A DNA stretch of 64,000 bases from Minisyncoccota bacterium (lineage in GTDB: Bacteria; Patescibacteriota; Minisyncoccia; UBA6257; JAGOQP01), in assembly GCA_041661795.1 (NCBI GenBank), contig JBAZTS010000002.1, positions 36,263-100,262 on the forward strand, written 5' to 3'. Position 1 is the first letter of the stretch; every line of letters begins with the position of its first letter. The translations under genes and the position numbers were made by a program. The notes under the pieces were generated by a model. The model did no database searches. It was given only the letters and a program-made list of their open reading frames with translations, and was not told the origin of the DNA. Positions 57,418-64,000 of this stretch are shown in pieces.

Positions 57418-57570
57418 TTATGGGCGGTCCGGGATGGGTGGAGCGGGTGCGGGCTTGACCACTTTGGCCACGAGGCCGATTAATATGGTCAGCATTGAAA
57501 CGGGTACTACGGTGGCGATGATGACGGACGATTCCACCACCACCAGAGACCACTTGACTAGGTAGTGCAT
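57418..57570 (-). CDS. GC-rich tiny membrane protein (50 aa, MHYLVKWSLVVVESSVIIATVVPVSMLTILIGLVAKVVKPAPAPPIPDRP)
   Basis: AAAGGAGG SD; overlaps upstream ORF stop; followed by hairpin cggaccgc...gcggtccg. Confidence 0.4.
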   Translation of the reverse strand: MHYLVKWSLVVVESSVIIATVVPVSMLTILIGLVAKVVKPAPAPPIPDRP

Positions 57571-57689
57571 TCAACCTCCTTTCTTCTGAGAATCTTGGTG
57601 ATCCACAGATAGAGGTTGTATCCTGTTTGAATAACGTGGGCCATCTTTTGGCCCAGTATTGTCGTCCGATGAAACGTTGTTGTAGACAT
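57558..57689 (-). CDS. GC-rich tiny protein (43 aa, MSTTTFHRTTILGQKMAHVIQTGYNLYLWITKILRRKEVECTT)
   Basis: AAAGGAGACGTG-ATG SD; same frame as C-terminal part of listed ORF 57558-57860. Confidence 0.35.
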   Translation of the reverse strand: MSTTTFHRTTILGQKMAHVIQTGYNLYLWITKILRRKEVECTT

Positions 57690-57703
57690 CACGTCTCCTT
57701 TGG

Positions 57704-57949
57704 TTAGGCGATGGCGCCGGGGTATTCTTCGGAGATCTTCTCGATCTCTTTTTCCTCTTTCTTCACTTGGTCTGTGAGCACAAGGAAGAAAAAGATGATG
57801 GCCATGATTCCCACAAGAGTGGCAAAGGCCCATGAAAAGCTCTTGGGGAGTTGGAACCATCGTGATAAGTGATATCCTCCAAAAGTGAGAATTACCACGG
57901 CCACGGTCGCTCCAACTTTACGGAGCAAGTTGAGTAGTCCCGGGAACAT
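57704..57949 (-). CDS. GC-rich small membrane protein (81 aa, 2 TM)
   Basis: AGGAGG SD 6 nt upstream; hydrophobic helices. Confidence 0.5.
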   Translation of the reverse strand: MFPGLLNLLRKVGATVAVVILTFGGYHLSRWFQLPKSFSWAFATLVGIMAIIFFFLVLTDQVKKEEKEIEKISEEYPGAIA

Positions 57950-58193
57950 TACTCTCCTCCTTTTTGGTGTACATCTTTCGAAGTTTCTCCTGTAGAGCGT
58001 TGAGCCCCGTGAAGACCAGGGCTCCGGTCAGAAACCCGATACAAGCCAACGATCCTCGGATCTCCAATCCTGGAGGCAGTGGAACTCGGTCTGCCCATAG
58101 GACCGTGAAGAAACAGGAAGCAGCAGTTGAAAGGCCAACGAAAGTGAACCAAACCACTCTTGCGATCAACTCCAGAACTTTTCCGATTTTCAT
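57918..58193 (-). CDS. GC-rich small membrane protein (91 aa, 2-3 TM)
   Basis: GGAGGA SD 8 nt upstream; hydrophobic helices. Confidence 0.5.
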   Translation of the reverse strand: MKIGKVLELIARVVWFTFVGLSTAASCFFTVLWADRVPLPPGLEIRGSLACIGFLTGALVFTGLNALQEKLRKMYTKKEESNVPGTTQLAP

Positions 58194-58280
58194 GCTCTGA
58201 TCCTCCTCTGTTTTTCACATTATAATAATCATTGAATTTTGTCCATGTTTGATTTAGAATAACCCTTTGGTTGGCATTTT

Positions 58281-61193
58281 ATGAAAAAAGAGAATCAATC
58301 AATAGAAATAATCGGGGCGCGTGTCCACAACTTAAAAAATGTGGATGTTTCTATACCTAAAAATAAATTGGTAGTTGTTTGCGGAGTTTCTGGTTCCGGA
58401 AAATCATCTTTAGCTTTTGATACTTTATACGAAGAGGGACAGAGAAGATATTTAGAAAGTTTGTCCTCTTATGTCAGACAGTTTTTAGGAGGATTTAAAA
58501 AACCAGATGTTGAAAAAATAATCGGCTTGTCTCCGACTATCGCCATCAACCAAAAAAGCGTTTCTTCCAATCCGCGTTCAACTGTGGGCACAATAACTGA
58601 AATTTACGATCATCTCCGTCTTCTCTTTGCTCGAGTTGGAATTCCTCATTGTCCAAATGACAACATTGTCATAACCGCTCAGACACCACAAGAAATCGCC
58701 AATAGAATTATTGACTTGGCTCATAACAACGAAATTGTTTTGCTGGCTCCAATAATCTCGGGGAAAAAGGGTCAGCACCAGGCGATTTTTGACGAGATTG
58801 AGAGGGGCGGATATTCACAGGTCAGGGTTGATGGGTATTTTTATCCCATTGCCGAAGCCAAAAATATTTCTCTGGATAAAAATAAAAAACACGATATCGA
58901 AGTTACCGTAGGTAAGTTTTTTACTGGAGTAAAAATAGATATCCAAAGAAATATATCCAAAATGGAAAGAGAGGCATTGAAAAACAAAAATAAAAAGATA
59001 GATAAGTTGATAAAAGAAGAAAAGTTAGAACTTTTAGAAAACATCAGAAAAGGACTGGCCATGGGGCAGGGAAATATTGTTGCTCATACCAAGGGGAAGG
59101 ATTTTTCCTTTTCCGAGAATTATTCCTGTTCTAAATGCGGATTTTCTTTACCCAAAATTGAACCCAGAACTTTTTCATTCAACAGTCCTTTTGGAGCTTG
59201 TAAAAATTGTCAGGGATTGGGAACTAAACTTGAAATAGATTTGGATTTGATAATCAACCCGGAAATCTCTTTGGAAGCGGGAGCTATAAAGCCCTGGTTT
59301 TCTTTAAGCCGTATGGGAAGAAGAGCTCTTGGCGCCAATTGGCAGAGATTTGTTACTGAGACCATTATTAGGGATTCTGGGCTGTCCCCAAGAACTCCTT
59401 TTGGAAAACTTCCCAAAGAAGTCCAGGATAAAATTTTATATGGTGATAAAGAAAATTATACTCATCTTAAAGACGGCGATTGGGAAGGAAAAACTTTATT
59501 TGAGGGAATTATTCCTCGCTTGGAGCGACTTTATTACGAAACTGAATCTGATTTTATCAGACAGGAACTTTCTAAATACATGCTTGAAAAAACCTGTCCC
59601 GTTTGTAATGGGTCGCGTTTAAGAGAAGAAGCATTGGCGGTAAGAGTGGGAGGAAAGAACATTTCTGAATTGACTTCAATGGCGGTTTTGGATTTTGTTA
59701 GTTTTTGCCAAAAACATATTTATGAAAAAATGTCGGAAAATCAAAAAACGGTTGCTGTTTCAATAATCAAAGAAATTTCCACTAAATCAAATTTTTTAAT
59801 TAACGTTGGTTTGGAATATATGAACTTGGGAAGGTCAGCGACTACTTTGTCAGTAGGAGAAAATCAAAGAATCCGCCTGGCTACCCAGTTGGGTTCTGGA
59901 TTGTCTGGAGTGATTTATGTTTTAGACGAACCGACTATTGGGCTTCATCCTCGCGACACTGACCGTCTCATAAAAACATTAAAAGAACTTAGAGATTTAA
60001 ATAATACCGTGATTGTGGTGGAACATGATGAGAGGGTTATAGAAAGCGCCGATTGGGTTATTGAAATTGGACCATTAGCCGGAGAAGAAGGTGGCAAGGT
60101 TGTTTTTGAAGGAACGCCATCAGATTTGAAAAAATCAAAAACGTTAACTGGATTATATTTTGCCGGCAAGAAAAAAGCGCAATCGGGACTTTCTAAAAAT
60201 AATTCTGAAAATAAAGAATTTATAAAACTGTATGGCGCTTCACAGTTTAATTTAAAAAACATAAATCTTTCCATTCCTTTAAAAAAATTTGTCTGTGTGG
60301 CAGGAGTTTCGGGCTCGGGTAAAAGCACGTTAATGTTAGATGTTTTTGCCAAGGCCCTTCAGAAAGAAGTTCTTAGGATGAGCGTGGCTGTAGGTGAATA
60401 TAAAAAACTTGAGGGGGAAAGAAATATAGACAAAGTGGTTATTATTGACCAAAGTCCTATCGGCAGAACCCCTCGTTCCAATCCGGCTACTTATACGGGA
60501 ATTTTTACTCCCATTAGACAATTTTTCACTCGCTTGGAAGAGTCGCAGATAAGGGGATATGGGCCATCATATTTTAGTTTCAACGTTAAGCCGGGAAGAT
60601 GTGAGGCCTGCAGAGGGGAAGGATTTAAAAAGGTGGAGATGTATTTTTTGCCGGATATGTACGTAGAGTGTGAAGTTTGTAAAGGCACCAGATTTTCTCC
60701 CGAGGTTTTGGATGTTAAATATAAAAACAAAAACATTGCTGATGTTCTTTCTATGAGCGTTAAGGAAGCGCTGGCGTTTTTTCACCAGTTTCCTTTTATT
60801 GGCGATAAGTTAAAAATTCTTGATGAAATCGGTCTTGGATATATGAAACTGGGACAGCCGGCGACAACTTTGTCGGGAGGAGAAGCTCAAAGGATAAAAC
60901 TTTCCGATGAACTTGCCAAAAGAGCTACAGGAAGGACTATTTATATTTTAGACGAACCGACTGTGGGACTTCACTTTGAAGACACAAAAAAACTTTTATA
61001 TATTTTGCGCTCGTTGGTTCTAAAAGGTAATACGGTTTTAGTTATAGAACACAATCCTGATGTTTTAAAAGAATCGGACTGGATTATTGAACTTGGTCCC
61101 GAAGGTGGAGACAAGGGAGGAAAAATAATTTTTGAGGGAACACTGGAAGAGATAAAAAAGAAAAAAACAATGACGGGGAAGTATTTAATATGA
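58281..61193 (+). CDS. uvrA: Excinuclease ABC subunit A
   Basis: Two ABC modules ([20 protein letters not shown]), Zn fingers CSKCGF...[12 protein letters not shown]...CEVCKG; 970 aa. Confidence 0.95.
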   Translation: MKKENQSIEIIGARVHNLKNVDVSIPKNKLVVVCGVSGSGKSSLAFDTLYEEGQRRYLESLSSYVRQFLGGFKKPDVEKIIGLSPTIAINQKSVSSNPRSTVGTITEIYDHLRLLFARVGIPHCPNDNIVITAQTPQEIANRIIDLAHNNEIVLLAPIISGKKGQHQAIFDEIERGGYSQVRVDGYFYPIAEAKNISLDKNKKHDIEVTVGKFFTGVKIDIQRNISKMEREALKNKNKKIDKLIKEEKLELLENIRKGLAMGQGNIVAHTKGKDFSFSENYSCSKCGFSLPKIEPRTFSFNSPFGACKNCQGLGTKLEIDLDLIINPEISLEAGAIKPWFSLSRMGRRALGANWQRFVTETIIRDSGLSPRTPFGKLPKEVQDKILYGDKENYTHLKDGDWEGKTLFEGIIPRLERLYYETESDFIRQELSKYMLEKTCPVCNGSRLREEALAVRVGGKNISELTSMAVLDFVSFCQKHIYEKMSENQKTVAVSIIKEISTKSNFLINVGLEYMNLGRSATTLSVGENQRIRLATQLGSGLSGVIYVLDEPTIGLHPRDTDRLIKTLKELRDLNNTVIVVEHDERVIESADWVIEIGPLAGEEGGKVVFEGTPSDLKKSKTLTGLYFAGKKKAQSGLSKNNSENKEFIKLYGASQFNLKNINLSIPLKKFVCVAGVSGSGKSTLMLDVFAKALQKEVLRMSVAVGEYKKLEGERNIDKVVIIDQSPIGRTPRSNPATYTGIFTPIRQFFTRLEESQIRGYGPSYFSFNVKPGRCEACRGEGFKKVEMYFLPDMYVECEVCKGTRFSPEVLDVKYKNKNIADVLSMSVKEALAFFHQFPFIGDKLKILDEIGLGYMKLGQPATTLSGGEAQRIKLSDELAKRATGRTIYILDEPTVGLHFEDTKKLLYILRSLVLKGNTVLVIEHNPDVLKESDWIIELGPEGGDKGGKIIFEGTLEEIKKKKTMTGKYLI

Positions 61194-61411
61194 AGATAAT
61201 AATCATCGTAAAACCAAATAAAAAAGAAAATAAGGTTGTGAAAATAGGAGAGAACATTTTTGAAATTTATACGAATCAACCGGCTAAAGAAAATAAAGCC
61301 AATTTGGATATTATTCAACAAATGTCCAAGTATTTTAAAGTATCAAAATCAAAGGTTTCTATATCTTCCGGATTAAAGTCAAAGAAGAAAATTTTGGAAA
61401 TAAATATATAA
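61190..61411 (+). CDS. DUF167 (YggU/UPF0235) family protein
   Basis: VKPN.K.....I......I....P..E.KAN.....Q..K.F.VSKS.V.I.SGL.SK.K.L.I. Confidence 0.65.
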   Translation: MKIIIIVKPNKKENKVVKIGENIFEIYTNQPAKENKANLDIIQQMSKYFKVSKSKVSISSGLKSKKKILEINI

Positions 61412-61443
61412 AAAAAGGGGGCTCCCGGTGTTGCTGGGAGCCC
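61411..61443 (-). terminator. Minus-strand terminator (gggctcccagcaacaccgggagccc + T7)
   Basis: Perfect stem followed by TTTTTTT on minus strand, ending GC-rich island. Confidence 0.5.
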
Positions 61444-61960
61444 AAAGTGCGGTAAGGAGGTCAATGTACGATGCGGTGCCTGCCGTGCGTCGCTTCGCTC
61501 GTTCGGGTCTTGGTGGTTCAGATCAGGGCCAGTCGTGCCCGAAAACTTAACTTTCTGGCCCATTGCTTCTCGGCACGCATGGTTTCTCCTTGCATGGATT
61601 TTTGGTCCACGCAGCTCTGCCCTCAGCGCTTGACGGTGGCCTCGTCGTTGGTGCGGTGGTTGTTCTGACGCTGTTGCATGGGATTTCTCCTCGCGTGAAC
61701 GTCGTCGGTTGTTGGTGCTAGCTATGGCTCAAGTCAAGCTTTCTTTTCGGTGAGCTTGACGAGCAGTGCTAGCGCCTGTTCTGGGTTTCGTTTTTTATCG
61801 GTATAACCTTCACAAGGTTATACCAGGGTTTCCTTCCTGATTGGCGGTCAAGAAGGTTGTTTAATCATCCAGCATTGTCCTAACTAACGGAACGGCGGTT
61901 CGACGTCCACGTGCATCGCTTTCCTCCTTATGTAGTTTACTTATTTCAGGATAAAACAAA
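61444..61960. other. GC-rich non-coding island (candidate structured RNA or degraded foreign DNA) in convergent intergenic region
   Basis: GC content well above flanks, stops in most frames, hairpins (ggtataacc..ggttatacc), possible minus-strand promoter TTGACT near 61950 and terminator at 61411-61443. Confidence 0.3.
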
Positions 61961-61991
61961 AACGGCTATTAGTCAAATATTTTTGTGAAAC

Positions 61992-62693
61992 TTACTTTTG
62001 ATGCTGAAACACATCTATTATCAAATTTTGGTCGGGGATAATTTCTTTTTTTAATGCTTTGACAATGACCTGAGCAACTTGATTTGGAGTATGTTTTGGT
62101 TCATGGTCGGGAAAACATGTTTTAAACATTCCAGTATCGGTTGAGCCGGGAGTAATTGTAAAAACGTCTATATTGTATTTGGAAAGTTCGTCTTTTAACG
62201 ACTGAGAAAGATTTATAATCGCCGCTTTAGTTAGAGAATAAATAGAGAGTCCTTCAATCCCGTAAAATCCGGCTCCAGAAGAAATATTGACGATTAATCC
62301 GGATTTCTTTTCTTTCATAATTTCAAGAACCCTTTTTATAACATTTAAAGTTCCTTTGATGTTAACGTCTATAATAAAATTCCAGTCAGGATAATCGGTT
62401 TCTTCAAAATTTTTATTCTGGGCAACAGCCGCATTGTTTACTAAAATATCTATACTTCCGAATTTATCAATCGTTTCTTCAATAACTTTTTCAACATCTT
62501 CTTTTGTTCTTATATCGCCTTGAGTAACTAAAAAATTGGGATTTTTTAAAATCACTTCCGTATCCAAATTATCGGGGATATTAATGGAAACCGTAGAAAC
62601 TTTACATCCTTGGTCAAGCAAGAGTTTGGCTGTTTCAAGACCTATTCCCGACGTTGCTCCAGTTATAAATACAACTTTATTTTTTATGTCCAT
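61992..62693 (-). CDS. Short-chain dehydrogenase/reductase (SDR)
   Basis: VVFITGATSGIGLETAKLL; NNAA; catalytic Y...K. Confidence 0.8.
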   Translation of the reverse strand: MDIKNKVVFITGATSGIGLETAKLLLDQGCKVSTVSINIPDNLDTEVILKNPNFLVTQGDIRTKEDVEKVIEETIDKFGSIDILVNNAAVAQNKNFEETDYPDWNFIIDVNIKGTLNVIKRVLEIMKEKKSGLIVNISSGAGFYGIEGLSIYSLTKAAIINLSQSLKDELSKYNIDVFTITPGSTDTGMFKTCFPDHEPKHTPNQVAQVIVKALKKEIIPDQNLIIDVFQHQK

Positions 62694-62743
62694 AAGATTA
62701 GTATATAGTATTTAGTAGTTAGTATATAGTATAATAGAAACAA

Positions 62744-63790
62744 ATGGATACCCAAAGCTTTGTAATTCTCATAATTATCCAAGCCGCTTTTCTTGCGGGT
62801 ATTTATTTTGTATTTAAAAAATTATCTACAAAAAAGCCGGAGGATTCTTCTTTCTTGATGATCCAAAATCAGCTTAATGAGCTGACTAAAAATATGGACT
62901 CTAAACTGGGGGAATCACATAAGGCCGCTCAGCACCAATTCTCCGAGAGCGCCAAAATTATTCGCGATGTTACCGAACGCTTAACCCGTCTTGATGAAAC
63001 CAATAAGCAGGTTATTGATATCACCGACCAGCTTAAGAATCTTCAAGATATTTTAAAAAATCCAAAACAAAGGGGAGTTCTTGGGGAATATTATCTAGAA
63101 ACAGTTTTAAAAAATGTTTTGCCTCCCGGAGTTTTTCAAATGCAATACGAATTTGCCGACGGCAATATCGTTGATGCGGTAGTTTTTGTGAAAGACAAAA
63201 TAATTCCCATTGATTCCAAGTTCAGTTTGGAAAATTACAACAGAATTCTGGAAGCTAAAACGGATGAGGACAGAAAAAGATTTGAAAACGCTTTTTCCCA
63301 AGATTTAAAAAACAGAATTGATGAAACATCCAAATATGTTCGTCCGGAAGAAAAAACGACCGAGTTTGCTTTTATGTTTATTCCATCCGAAGCGGTGTTT
63401 TACGACTTATTAATAAACAAGGTTGGAGTAATGCAATCCAACACCAGGAGCTTGATTGATTATGCTTCGGGAGAAAAGAAAGTGGTAATTGTTTCTCCAA
63501 CAACATTCTTGGCTTATTTACAAACTGTGCTTCAGGGCCTTAAAGCCATGCAGATAGAAGAATCGGCTAAAGAAATCAAAAAAAGAGTTATTGATTTGGG
63601 AAAACATCTGGCCGGTTACGACAGTTATTTTAGTAAGCTTGGAAATCATCTTTCTACGACCGTTAATGCTTATAACTCGGCTTATAAGGAACTGGGAAAA
63701 ATTGACAAGGATGTTTTGAAAATCTCTGGCGTAGCTCCGGGGATAGAAGTCAGCCAGATAGAAAAACCAAGAGAAGAAGAGGAGGAATAA
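62744..63790 (+). CDS. rmuC: DNA recombination protein RmuC
   Basis: N-terminal TM, coiled coil, GVLGEYYLETVLKNVLPPG..QMQYEF.DG..VDAVVFV....IPIDSKFSLENY RmuC core. Confidence 0.75.
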   Translation: MDTQSFVILIIIQAAFLAGIYFVFKKLSTKKPEDSSFLMIQNQLNELTKNMDSKLGESHKAAQHQFSESAKIIRDVTERLTRLDETNKQVIDITDQLKNLQDILKNPKQRGVLGEYYLETVLKNVLPPGVFQMQYEFADGNIVDAVVFVKDKIIPIDSKFSLENYNRILEAKTDEDRKRFENAFSQDLKNRIDETSKYVRPEEKTTEFAFMFIPSEAVFYDLLINKVGVMQSNTRSLIDYASGEKKVVIVSPTTFLAYLQTVLQGLKAMQIEESAKEIKKRVIDLGKHLAGYDSYFSKLGNHLSTTVNAYNSAYKELGKIDKDVLKISGVAPGIEVSQIEKPREEEEE

Positions 63791-63900
63791 ATTTTTGTTG
63801 ACTTTGTTAAGAATTTGAATAGAATTTTGACTGTAAAGAGCAGGGTCGAAAGCTTAACTTTACAAACCTTTAACTTTATAAACTTTAATAACTAATAATA

Positions 63901-64000
63901 TGAATTTAAAACCACTTTCTAATCGTATAGTTCTTGAGCCGGTAGGCGAGGAAAAAGTAACTCAATCGGGGATAGTTCTTCCCGAAAGCTCGGAGGCAAA
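63901..64000 (+). CDS. groES: Co-chaperonin GroES (3' end beyond window)
   Basis: MNLKPLSNRIVLEPVGEEKVTQSGIVLPESSEA. Confidence 0.8.

Noticed and set aside
57380-57860. Listed ORFs 57380-57574 and 57558-57860 (minus)
   Set aside because: Their translations are Arg/His-rich with no hydrophobic segments. Shorter ORFs preceded by strong AGGAGG sites in the same region (57418-57570, 57558-57689) fit better.
61315-61563. 82-aa minus-strand ORF overlapping the DUF167 gene end and the terminator
   Set aside because: It overlaps a supported gene and a hairpin, and it spans a compositional break between AT-rich and GC-rich DNA.
63791-63900. CIRCE/HrcA operator upstream of groES
   Set aside because: No TTAGCACTC-N9-GAGTGCTAA dyad is present; only generic TTGACT-like hexamers.

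Overview
AT-rich (about one-third GC by eye), gene-dense bacterial window with short genes, many in-frame low-complexity insertions and two giant type IV pilin-like proteins. This looks like a compact Patescibacteria/CPR-type genome; that is an inference from the sequence only. The backbone is housekeeping. Translation: fusA 3' part, rplM, rpsI, lepA, hpf, rsmE, rsmI, tgt. Cell wall: murA, murB, mraY, a D-Ala-D-Ala carboxypeptidase. Other core genes: secA, lepB, pgk, tpiA, an IMPDH/GMP reductase homologue, scpA/scpB, dnaX. DNA repair genes: uvrB, a short uvrC, uvrA, nfo, two UDG-superfamily genes, rmuC. RNA genes: tRNA-Gly(CCC), tRNA-Gln(TTG) and a clear RNase P RNA. Interleaved are an accessory island of small hydrolases/nucleases at about 27.8-36.6 kb and several sharply GC-rich islands (39.3-39.9 kb, 49.7-49.95 kb, 54.9-55.4 kb, 57.4-58.2 kb, 61.4-61.95 kb) that do not look native. 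The most unusual observations: (1) lepA is interrupted in-frame by a complete GxxExxY (PD-(D/E)XK) domain flanked by GC-rich octamer inverted repeats, and the same octamer repeats form a short in-frame insertion in pgk; (2) three copies of a 36-bp perfect palindrome bracket a PaaX-like wHTH gene, sit about 40 nt upstream of uvrC and occur once in-frame inside uvrC; (3) uvrC is short and is followed by a GC-anomalous membrane-protein gene with a host-like promoter; (4) a GC-rich operon of four tiny, mostly membrane, proteins lies between the PaaX-like gene and uvrA; (5) two pilin-like proteins carry lectin-like C-terminal domains (FGE-sulfatase-like; DUF1554-like); (6) a HEPN (RN..AH) Abi-like gene sits with a 3-nt-spaced partner; (7) several intergenic repeat or structured-RNA families recur, including a roughly 95-nt leader element in two copies and a CCCCCACAC hairpin family showing covariation. 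No CRISPR array, transposase or obvious prophage was seen.
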